DNA from: Candidatus Woesearchaeota archaeon
Lineage (GTDB): Archaea; Nanobdellota; Nanobdellia; SCGC-AAA011-G17; GW2011-AR17
Reading direction: 5' to 3'
NCBI GenBank assembly: GCA_964411565.1
Contig: CAYPLB010000001.1
Span: 106,839-170,838 of the forward strand
Length of the DNA stretch: 64,000 nucleotides
The notes under the pieces were generated by a model, which ran no database searches, was not told where the DNA came from, and was given only the letters and a program-made list of their open reading frames with translations. Positions 47,026 through 56,100 of this stretch are shown piece by piece (positions within the stretch are counted from its first letter, which is position 1; each line of letters starts with the position of its first letter). The translations under genes were made by a program, and so were the position numbers.

Positions 47026-47979
47026 ATGCAAGAAATAAAGAGGTATTTAAGGTTAGCTTTCTCAGATGAAAGATATGAAGTAGGCTTGTTAAAAAGAGAA
47101 GTAAATGTTTTGAAAAAACTACAAGCATCAGTAGAGTCTGGTGGAGTAAGAGATGTTAAAGGATCTATTTTACAATTACAATCCTTTTTTATTGCATTAT
47201 CAAGGACTAATGAAAAATTTTTGAATCATTTATTAGTATTAGAAGAATCGTTTCCAAAAGATGAAAGAATTTCTCAAGTAGAGAATGAAGTTAAAGCTAA
47301 GTTTTTAAGAATTTCTGAGTTGTTGAGTCCTAGTTCTGAGATTATGAGTTTTGTTGTTGATGGAAGAAGAGACGATGTAAGTTCTTTAGTTCCTTTATTA
47401 AGAGAATTAAGGAATTCTATATTAGATCTTTTAGCTACTATGAAAGAAGCTGATGAAGATTTTAAGGATATCAGGAAAAATTATAGGAAGTTGTACAAAA
47501 AAATTATTACTTCTCCTCAAGAAAAAATTGTTGATCTTTTAGCTGGAAAAGGAAAATATAAAGATGTTGATTTGTTGAAGAGAAATGAAATATGGAAGAG
47601 ATGGAAAGGTATGACTAGAGTTAGAGTTTTGAAAGGTAAAAAGAAAAAACCTTTGAAATTATCTGGTTTAGAACTTGCAGGATTTGATTTTAGAGAATTT
47701 AAGTTTGAAAATGTAGATTTTTCAAAATCTACTTTTACTAAACATGGAGTTATATTTGGAAGACTTGGTTGCGGAACTTCTGTAGGAGTCCCTTTGAATG
47801 CTGAATTTATTTTAAGAGTTAATATGAGTAATGCAACTTTTTGTGCTAAACGTGATGGACAAAAATTAGGAGCTTCTGCTAAAGGCCTGAAAGGATTAAA
47901 CTTTGATCAAGTAAATTTTGAAGGAATGGATAATAGAAGTCTAAGATTAATAAGATCAGGAAGAACAAGTATTGATTAA
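47026..47979 (+). CDS. helical N-domain protein with C-terminal pentapeptide-repeat-like region
   Basis: 317 aa. The C-terminal region (LSGLELAGFDFREFKFENVDFSKSTFTKHGVIFGRLG...NMSNATFCAKRDGQKLGASAKGLKGLNFDQVNFEGMD) has 5-residue periodicity typical of pentapeptide repeats. Confidence 0.45.
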   Translation: MQEIKRYLRLAFSDERYEVGLLKREVNVLKKLQASVESGGVRDVKGSILQLQSFFIALSRTNEKFLNHLLVLEESFPKDERISQVENEVKAKFLRISELLSPSSEIMSFVVDGRRDDVSSLVPLLRELRNSILDLLATMKEADEDFKDIRKNYRKLYKKIITSPQEKIVDLLAGKGKYKDVDLLKRNEIWKRWKGMTRVRVLKGKKKKPLKLSGLELAGFDFREFKFENVDFSKSTFTKHGVIFGRLGCGTSVGVPLNAEFILRVNMSNATFCAKRDGQKLGASAKGLKGLNFDQVNFEGMDNRSLRLIRSGRTSID

Positions 47980-48044
47980 TTATCTTTTTTAATTATTTTT
48001 TATTGTAATTTTCTTTAATAAAGTTTTTAAAGAGTTTATATTAT

Positions 48045-48767
48045 TTGTTTGCTATGAAATTTGTTTTAGCTTTACCAACATACAATGAAAAAGAAAATTT
48101 GAAGATTTTACTTCCTAAGCTTTTTGAAATTATAAAGAATATTGAAAATTGGGAAGGAGAGATTGTTGTTGTTGATGATAGTAGTCCAGATGGTACTTCT
48201 GAGTTTGTTGAAGATATGATGAAGAAATATTCTAATTTACATTTAGTAAAAAGGAAAGCTAAGTCTGGTTTAGGTAGCGCATATATTGCAGGGTTTAAGT
48301 ATGGGATTAATGTTTTAGGAGCAGATAATGTTTTTAGTATGGATTCAGATCAAAGTCATGATCCAAATTTAATTCCTAAATTTTTAGAGTATGCTAGTAC
48401 TAATGATATTGTTATTGGAAGTAGATATATCAAAGGTGGAGATTTTAAGAATTGGCCTTGGATTAGAAAAGCAATTAGTAGAGGTGCTAATATTTATGGA
48501 CAATTGATTTTAGGTTTGAAAGTAAATGATATCTCTTCAGGATATAGATGTTATAATACTTTGTTGTGGAAGAAAATAGGGTTTGATAACGTGAAAACAA
48601 ATGGTTATTGTACTCTTGAAGAAATTCTATATTTGGCTAAGAAAAAAAATGCTAGAGTTAGAGAAATACCTTTAGTTTTTGTGGATAGGACTATTGGAGA
48701 AACAAAGCTAACATATAAAGAAATGATTAAGTTTTTTACTACAATTATTAAGTTGAGATTCTCTTAG
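48045..48767 (+). CDS. GT2 dolichyl-phosphate-sugar synthase-like glycosyltransferase (DPM1-like)
   Basis: 240 aa. LALPTYNEKENL, VVDDSSPDGTSE and SMDSDQSHDP (DxD) support the call. Confidence 0.85.
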   Translation: MFAMKFVLALPTYNEKENLKILLPKLFEIIKNIENWEGEIVVVDDSSPDGTSEFVEDMMKKYSNLHLVKRKAKSGLGSAYIAGFKYGINVLGADNVFSMDSDQSHDPNLIPKFLEYASTNDIVIGSRYIKGGDFKNWPWIRKAISRGANIYGQLILGLKVNDISSGYRCYNTLLWKKIGFDNVKTNGYCTLEEILYLAKKKNARVREIPLVFVDRTIGETKLTYKEMIKFFTTIIKLRFS

Positions 48768-50085
48768 AAATACATAGTTCTTCATAACATTTTTCTAGAA
48801 TAAATTCTTCTGGAACTGGATCATCTTTGTGAGAGATCCATAAATTTGCATGTTTTACTCTATCATCTTGTGCAATTAATAAGTTTCCTTGTATCTCTAA
48901 AATTTTGTCATAATAATATGTAGGAGATGCTTGTAATGATAAAGTTGAAAAATACTCCGAATCTTCTGTAAAAGCGTAATATTCTTCTGGTAAGAAATAA
49001 GATCCTTCCCAAAGATATACCGCAACTGTTGGATGTAAGATTGCTCCGTCTATATTGTAGTCATTTTGTATTTGTTCTAAATCTGATGGATAAGATGCTT
49101 CAACTGGTGAGTAAAATGGAACTATAAAGATTAAAGTTAAGATTATAGAAATAATTATGTGTAAGTAAACCATTTTTTTGGTTAATACTTTTGAAAGTAA
49201 ATAGAAAATAATTGCAGATGGAATTAAAATGTATTTTATGTATGATCCAGTTACTAAGAAAAATGCAGTAACTGTAATTATGAAAAAAAGTTCATTTTTG
49301 TATTTTTTGAAGTTTGTTTTGTAAAGCATGAAAAGTAAAGGAGAAATTAAGAATATGAAATAAACCGTTTCAAAAATTAATAAACCTGCAATCATTCCTG
49401 CATCTCCAGTTGCACCTAAACCTAAAGCATTTTTTAAGTTTGCTCCAAAAAATCTAATCTCTGAATAAAAAGGTAGACCTGTTAGTTTATAGTCGAGAAT
49501 AATTCTTGGTAAGTAAAATAATCCAACTAGTATTGAAAATGGAATTAGTTTTTTTATTGTCAGTTTTCTCATGAAAGCAATTAAGAACATTAAAGTTACA
49601 AAGAACATTGGAGTATAAATTGCCATGGAAAGGCCTAAAGAAATTGCTGTGATCCAAAGATGTTTGTTTTTGTTATTATTTTGCCATTTTTTTATTTGAA
49701 AATAAGATAATGTTGTTAAGAAAGCTGCAGGCATGACTGGTGTTAGTTCAGGAGCAGCTATCCAAACCATTGGTGAAAATAAAAAAAGTAAATATGCTTT
49801 CTTGTTTGTATATTTTCTGATTAAAATTGCAATCGGAATTAGCCATAGTACATTTAGAATTTGAATTGTTTTTATTGAAGGAATAAATTCTACAAAGAAT
49901 GCTAAAATGTATGTGTATAACATTGAGTGAGTACTATGTGCTTTGATTATTTGAAAACCAGCAAAATCTTTTATTAAATTAAAATATTCTATAGAATCAT
50001 GAAAAATTATTTGTTTTGATGTGTATACTAAGATTAATAAGAGTATTGTGAAAATTCCTAAAAGTAGCCAGTCTTTTTTGTTCAT
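48748..50085 (-). CDS. polytopic membrane protein (possible GT-C-type glycosyltransferase)
   Basis: 445 aa with about 11 TM helices and a C-terminal soluble domain. It has no WWDYG motif. It is convergent with and overlaps the GT2 gene by 20 nt. Confidence 0.5.
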   Translation of the reverse strand: MNKKDWLLLGIFTILLLILVYTSKQIIFHDSIEYFNLIKDFAGFQIIKAHSTHSMLYTYILAFFVEFIPSIKTIQILNVLWLIPIAILIRKYTNKKAYLLFLFSPMVWIAAPELTPVMPAAFLTTLSYFQIKKWQNNNKNKHLWITAISLGLSMAIYTPMFFVTLMFLIAFMRKLTIKKLIPFSILVGLFYLPRIILDYKLTGLPFYSEIRFFGANLKNALGLGATGDAGMIAGLLIFETVYFIFLISPLLFMLYKTNFKKYKNELFFIITVTAFFLVTGSYIKYILIPSAIIFYLLSKVLTKKMVYLHIIISIILTLIFIVPFYSPVEASYPSDLEQIQNDYNIDGAILHPTVAVYLWEGSYFLPEEYYAFTEDSEYFSTLSLQASPTYYYDKILEIQGNLLIAQDDRVKHANLWISHKDDPVPEEFILEKCYEELCISKRIST

Positions 50086-50188
50086 TAGATGTTTTTTCTT
50101 TAAACCCTTTTTATAGTTTATTATGTTAAAATTAATAATTGTTTTTTCTTTCGGAAAATTTATAAAGAGGGGTTTTATTTTTTATTTT

Positions 50189-50527
50189 ATGGTATGGGAA
50201 GAAATTTTAAATCAATATGGAAAAAGAGATAAAAGAAATATAGGAGTTGCTTATAATTTTGATGGATTTAAAATACTAGGTATTTATCATCAACCTTTAA
50301 AAGAAGATCCTTCAGCTAGTTTAGAGCTTTTAAGTCTTTTAGAAGAAGATCAGAGTAGAGGAACTCTAGCTTCATATAATCTTGATGGAAGTGGAGAATC
50401 TGTTAGATTAGAAAATTTTAGAGGAATTGAAAGTCAACTTAGAGAACTTAGAAGGCATCCTGATTATGGTAGATTATTTGGATCTGTAGTTGATGAAATT
50501 TTTGAAGAGTTAAATATTAAACAATAA
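50189..50527 (+). CDS. small hypothetical protein
   Basis: The ORF track starts at 50123. A TATA (tttataaa, 50160-50167) 22-29 nt upstream of the internal ATG at 50189 favours the shorter 112-aa product. Confidence 0.4.
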   Translation: MVWEEILNQYGKRDKRNIGVAYNFDGFKILGIYHQPLKEDPSASLELLSLLEEDQSRGTLASYNLDGSGESVRLENFRGIESQLRELRRHPDYGRLFGSVVDEIFEELNIKQ

Positions 50528-50593
50528 TAACGGTTTCTCCTTCAGAAAACTTATAAATGGAAATTTTGTTAGGTTGAGAATTGGAGGGTTAAA

Positions 50594-51640
50594 ATGAAAA
50601 AAGCTTTAATTACAGGAATTACAGGACAAGATGGTTCTTATTTGGCAGAATTTTTATTAGAAAAAGGGTATGAGGTTCATGGTATTGTTAGGAGAGCTGC
50701 TTTGGAAGATTCTAAAGCTAGAATGAGTCGAATACATCACCTAAAAGGAAGGATAGTTTTGCATCCAGGAGATATTGCAAGTTATGCTTCTGTGTTAGAT
50801 ATTATTGATAAAATAAAACCTGATGAATGCTATCATTTAGCAGCGCAAAGTTTTGTGCATGAATCTTTTCATGATCCATTTTCAACATTTAAAACTAATG
50901 TAGATGGTACAATGCATATTTTACATGCAATAAAAGAAAGAGCTCAAAATTGTAGATTATATTTTGCAGCAACTTCTGAAATGTTTGGAGATGTTGTTGA
51001 AGTTCCTCAAAAAGAAACAACTAGGTTTCACCCAAGGTCACCATATGGTGTAAGTAAAGTTACTGGTTTTGATATAATTAGAAATTATAGAGAAAGTTAT
51101 GATTTATTTGGATGCTCTGGAATTTTGTTTAATCATGAGTCTCCAAGAAGAGGATTTGAGTTTGTAACAAGAAAAATTACACAGAATGTTGCAAAAATGA
51201 AAACTGGAAAAGAAAATGTTTTAGTCCTAGGAAATTTAGAAGCTAGAAGAGATTGGGGCTATGCTGGAGATTATGTTAAAGCAATGTGGTTAATGTTGCA
51301 ACAAGAAAAACCAGAGGATTATGTTGTAGGAACAGGAGTGAATCATTCTGTAAAAGACTTTGTTGATGCAGCATTTTTAGCAGCTGGATTAAGTTATGAA
51401 TTAGTTGATTTGCATATGATGAGTCCAGAAATGGCAGATATGAAAATTGAAGAACTAAGAAAGGATAAAAGTAGGTTATTTGTTGTACAACATCCAAAAT
51501 TCTTTAGACCTGCAGAAGTACATAACTTATTAGGAGATCCGACAAAGGCTAAAATGAACCTAGGTTGGCAACCAGAAGTTTCTTTTCAAGAGTTAGTTAA
51601 GATGATGGTTGAAGAAGATATCAGACAAATGAGTGGTTAA
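50594..51640 (+). CDS. gmd: GDP-mannose 4,6-dehydratase
   Basis: 348 aa. KKALITGITGQDGSYLAEFLLEKGYEVHGI, the YGVSK catalytic dyad and LFNHESPRRG are canonical GMD motifs. SD ggaggg precedes the ATG. Confidence 0.9.
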   Translation: MKKALITGITGQDGSYLAEFLLEKGYEVHGIVRRAALEDSKARMSRIHHLKGRIVLHPGDIASYASVLDIIDKIKPDECYHLAAQSFVHESFHDPFSTFKTNVDGTMHILHAIKERAQNCRLYFAATSEMFGDVVEVPQKETTRFHPRSPYGVSKVTGFDIIRNYRESYDLFGCSGILFNHESPRRGFEFVTRKITQNVAKMKTGKENVLVLGNLEARRDWGYAGDYVKAMWLMLQQEKPEDYVVGTGVNHSVKDFVDAAFLAAGLSYELVDLHMMSPEMADMKIEELRKDKSRLFVVQHPKFFRPAEVHNLLGDPTKAKMNLGWQPEVSFQELVKMMVEEDIRQMSG

Positions 51641-51950
51641 AATGAGGAAATTACTCTCTTCTTATGGTTTAACTAATAAAAGGGAAGGTGTCGATGAAAT
51701 TTACAGAGGGGAGTATGTTAATGGGTATGATTTTGAGTTTGGTGAAAAAGAAAGATTAGGTTTGGTAGTAAAGAGATTTGTAGGTTATGGTACTTATGGT
51801 GCTGTAGGTTATATTTGTAATGATTTGGATGATCTAAGAACTATTGTTGAAAAAGAAGAAAAACTGGATTATCAATATTTTGAGTTTAGAATTTATAGAG
51901 TAGGTGAGAATATTGACTTTTGGTATTCTGCATCTTCAGAAAGTTTATAA
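51633..51950 (+). CDS. small hypothetical protein (105 aa)
   Basis: It overlaps the gmd stop by 8 nt and is likely co-transcribed. No motif found. Confidence 0.4.
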   Translation: MVKMRKLLSSYGLTNKREGVDEIYRGEYVNGYDFEFGEKERLGLVVKRFVGYGTYGAVGYICNDLDDLRTIVEKEEKLDYQYFEFRIYRVGENIDFWYSASSESL

Positions 51951-51973
51951 ATTTCTTTATTTTTTTAATATTT

Positions 51974-52462
51974 ATGGCAACTTGTGAAATGTGTGGATAT
52001 ATGGGTGAGTTGAAAAGAGCAATAGTAGAAGGAAGTATGATAGGTGTCTGTCAGAAATGTTTAAAGTATGGAGATGCCATCGAAATTAAAAGTCCACCAA
52101 AAGAAGTTGTTGAAAAAAGATTAGCTTTCAAGGCTAGAAGAAGTTTTGCTGATAGACATAGGATTGAAGATGAAAATATAGTTTCTGGTTATGGTAATAA
52201 AATTAGAAAAGCAAGAGAAAAAATGGGTAAGACACAAGAAGATATTGCAAAAGCTATAGCAGAAAAAGTTTCAGTTGTACAAAAAGTAGAATCTGGTGGT
52301 TTAGAGCCTCCTTTGAAATTAGCTAGGAAGTTTGAACAATTTTTTAAGATTAATTTAGTAAAGAAAAGTGAAAAGATTGGTGAAGAGACAATAAAAGAGT
52401 TTAATATTAAAAGTACTGACTTAACAATAGGTGATATGATTAAGTTCAAAAAGAAAAGTTAA
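51974..52462 (+). CDS. archaeal multiprotein bridging factor 1 (MBF1): zinc ribbon + XRE-type HTH
   Basis: The ORF track starts at 51920. A TATA (tttataaa, 51946-51953) 21-28 nt upstream of ATG 51974 indicates MATCEMCGY... as the start. The protein has C-x2-C...C-x2-C followed by the HTH GKTQEDIAKAIAEKVSVVQKVESG. Confidence 0.8.
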   Translation: MATCEMCGYMGELKRAIVEGSMIGVCQKCLKYGDAIEIKSPPKEVVEKRLAFKARRSFADRHRIEDENIVSGYGNKIRKAREKMGKTQEDIAKAIAEKVSVVQKVESGGLEPPLKLARKFEQFFKINLVKKSEKIGEETIKEFNIKSTDLTIGDMIKFKKKS

Positions 52463-52489
52463 ATAAATGAATGTTCTTATTTAATATGT

Positions 52490-53107
52490 ATGAATAAAAA
52501 AGAGTTGGAAATTATTTTGTCTAAATTGAAAGGATTTCATAAACCAAAAGTTAAGTTAGAGCAATATTTAACTGATTCTACAATTGCAGCAGATGCTGTT
52601 TGGAATGCTTATCATAATAAACATTTAACTAAAAAAACAATAGCTGATTTGGGTTGTGGGCCAGGAATCTTTGGCTTTGGAGCTTTAGCATTAGGTGCAA
52701 AGAAAGTATATTTTGTTGATATGGATAAAGAAGCTTTGATAGTGGCTAAAGAAAATAAAAAAATTATGGAAAAATTATTAGGAAAAAAATTAAATTGTGA
52801 TTTTAGAAATGTTAATGTTAAAGATTTTTCTGAGAAAGTTAATATTGTAATACAAAATCCTCCCTTTGGGGTAAAACAAACACATCATGATAAATTGTTT
52901 TTAGTTAAAGCAATGGAATTATGTGGAATTATTTATTCTTTCCATAAGTTATCTACAAAAGATTTTGTGAATAAATTTGTTAGAGATAATGGATTTAGAA
53001 TTAAACATTTCTATACATATAAATTTCCTATCAAACAGACTTATTGGTTTCATATTTCTAGAGTTAAAGACATAGATGTTGGTTGTTGGTGTATAACTAA
53101 AAGATAA
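52490..53107 (+). CDS. small N6-adenine-type (NPPF) SAM methyltransferase, METTL5/HemK-like
   Basis: 205 aa. IADLGCGPGIFG (motif I) and IVIQNPPFG (motif IV of amino-methyltransferases) support the call. Confidence 0.7.
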   Translation: MNKKELEIILSKLKGFHKPKVKLEQYLTDSTIAADAVWNAYHNKHLTKKTIADLGCGPGIFGFGALALGAKKVYFVDMDKEALIVAKENKKIMEKLLGKKLNCDFRNVNVKDFSEKVNIVIQNPPFGVKQTHHDKLFLVKAMELCGIIYSFHKLSTKDFVNKFVRDNGFRIKHFYTYKFPIKQTYWFHISRVKDIDVGCWCITKR

Positions 53108-53142
53108 AAACTTTAATAAAAGCCAGAGACTAAAGAAATATT

Positions 53143-56100
53143 ATGCCTTTTAATGTAATTGTAGGAAGAAATGAATCTGATAAAAAGAAGTTTGGTGATA
53201 AAGGGTCTATTCTATTAGGTAGAACTTATGTAAAAATGGGTCAAACTGTTTCTTTGTCTAATTATATTTATATGGATGTTATTAGGTCTCATATTGTTTT
53301 TGTCGTCGGTAAGAGAGGAGGGGGAAAGTGTCTTACAGGAGATTCTCTAGTATGTCTTGATGATGGTTCTTGTTTACCTATTAAAGAATTAGAAGATAAT
53401 AATCAAAAAATATTAAGTTTGAACAAAGGTTTGAAAATTAATCCTAGAGAAAAAGATGATTTTTTTAAGAGAAAAGTTGATAAAATTGTAAATTTAAAAC
53501 TTCGTAGTGGAAGGAATATTAAACTTACACCAGAACATCCATTATTAACAATCAAAGGTTGGAAAGCTGTAAAAGATTTAAATTTTGGAAGTAGAATTGC
53601 TGTACCTAGAAAGATTGAAGTTTTTGGTAATGAGGAAATGTCTGATTTTAAGATTAAATTATTGGCTTATTTGATTGCTGAAGGTCATACAAGGAATAGT
53701 TGGGTTTTGTTTAGTAATAAGGATAAAATTATTTTTGAGGATTTTGAAGATTCTGTTAAAAAGTTTGATGATAATTTACAAGTTTTAGAACATAGTAAAC
53801 CTGGTTGTTATAGAGTAAGTAATAAAAATAATAGATATGGTGGGAAAAAGAATTCAATAAAGGAATGGTTAATTGGTTATGAGCTTTATGGTAAATATGC
53901 TACTGAAAAATGGATACCTCAAGATATTTTTAGATTACCTAGAAAATCATTAGCTTTGTTTCTAAATAGATTATTTAGTTGTGATGGGAGTGTTTATTAT
54001 AGTAATTCAACAAAATCATGGGAAATATGTTATTCATCATCTTCCGAGAGATTAATTAGAGATGTTCAACATTTGTTGTTGAGATTTGGAGTTTTGTCTA
54101 AATTAAGAGAAAAAAATATAAAATATAATGGAGAATATGTCAAATCTTATGAGTTGGTTGTAAATAGGGAAAATTGTATAAAATATATTGAAGAAATTGG
54201 TTTTTTAGGAAATAAAAAAGAAATTTCTAAGAAATGTTATAATGAAATTATTAATGTTGTAAAAAATCCTAATGTTGATACAATCCCTAAGGAGATATGG
54301 GATATTTATAGACCTGAAAATTGGGCAGCTCTTGGGAGGGCAGTTGGATATAAACATCCTAAAGCTATGAGAGAAAGAATTAGATATTCTCCTTCAAGGC
54401 AAACAATGTTACAAATAGGTTTAGTAGAAGAGAATCTTAGTTTGATGGCTATTGCTAGATCAGATATATTTTGGGATGAAATAGTTTCAATGGAAGTTTT
54501 GGATGGAGAATTTGAAGTATTTGATATTTCTATTCCTAAAAGTCATAACTTTGTTGCAAATGATGTTATTGTTCATAATTCTTACAGTGCGTCTGTAATT
54601 GCAGAAGGAATGGTAGATTTGCCTGATGAAGTTTCAAAAAATCTTTCAGTAATTATGATTGATACTATGGGAGTTTTTTGGTCAATGAAATATCCTAATG
54701 AAAAGGATTTAGATTTATTGGAACAATGGGATTTAAAACCTAAAGGTTTGAAAAAAATTACTGTATTTGTACCAATTGGAAAGTTTGAAGATGCAAAAAA
54801 AAATGGAGTTCCTGTTGATGAACCATTTTCTCTGAAAGCAAGTGAATTAACTGGAGAAGATTGGAGGTTAGCTTTTGAATTGGATTATTCACATCCTGTG
54901 GCAATTTTAATGGAAAAAATTTTAGGGGATATGTTGGAAGAAAAAATTTATGAATATGATATTGATGATATTATTGAAAGGATTGAAAAAGAAAGTACTT
55001 TTCCACAATTAGTTCGAAATGAAGGAATTAATAGAATGAAAGCTTCAAAGAGATGGGGTTTGTTTTCTAAGGAAGGTACTAAAATTAATACTTTGATTAG
55101 AGGTGGACAAGTTAGTGTTTTAGATACCTCAGCTTATCTTACTGGAGAAGGAGGACAAGCTGTTAGATCATTAGTAGTAGGTTTAGTTGCAAGAAGAGTT
55201 TTTGTTGAAAGGATGATCTCTAGACAGTTAGAAGAAGTTGAAGCAATTAAAACAGGTTATTCTTATTTTAAAATGGAAGAAGAAGCTGATAATAAAGAAA
55301 AGAAACCTTTAGTTTGGTTTATTATCGATGAATGTGTGCCTAAGGGAACAAAAGTTCATACTCATAATGGACATACTTCTATTGAAGAAGTAATTGAAAG
55401 ATTTAATTCTGGAAAAGAAGTTAAAGTTATGTCTTATGATGCATTAAGGAATGAATATGGTTTTAGAAAAGTAACAAAAGTTTATGAAAATGGTGTGAAG
55501 GACTTGATAGAGTTAAGAACAGAAACTGGAAAAATTTTGAAATGTACTCCTGATCATAAATTATTAGGAGTTTTAGGTTTTAGAAAAGCAAATGAAGTTA
55601 CAGAGATTGGGGCACCTTTAAATTATCATCATGACAAAAGAGAAAAGTTAATTATTGCAAGATTATTTGGAAATATTGTTGGGGATGGTTATTTGTCATC
55701 TAATGGGACAATTGTAGGATTTTCTGGGAAAGGTTGTAAAGAAGATTTGTTGAGAATTAAAGATGATTTGGGAGATTTGAATTTTAGTTCTGGGGAAATT
55801 TATAGTAGAAAAACAGAGTCTCAAATTGTATCGGAAGATGGAAAAATTGTAAAAGTAAAAGGTATTAGTCAGGAACTAAGATCTAGTACAAAATGTTTTA
55901 ATTATTTTAGTAAATTAGAGGCACCAATTGGAGAAAAAATTCTAAGTGATTTTAGAATACCTAAATGGTTGAAAGAAGCAAGTTTTGAAGAAAAGACTGA
56001 GTTTTTGGCAGGATTAATGGGGGCTGATGGAAATTTACCTAGTGTAAATAAAAATTGCGGAAGTGATCCAAATCCAATAAGATTGTCTTTTAATTTTTTG

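Noticed and set aside
51920-51973. N-terminal extension of MBF1 (MVFCIFRKFINFFIFLIF)
   Set aside because: It is a hydrophobic low-complexity stretch overlapping the TATA box at 51946-51953. MBF1 proteins begin directly with the zinc ribbon (MATCEMCGY).
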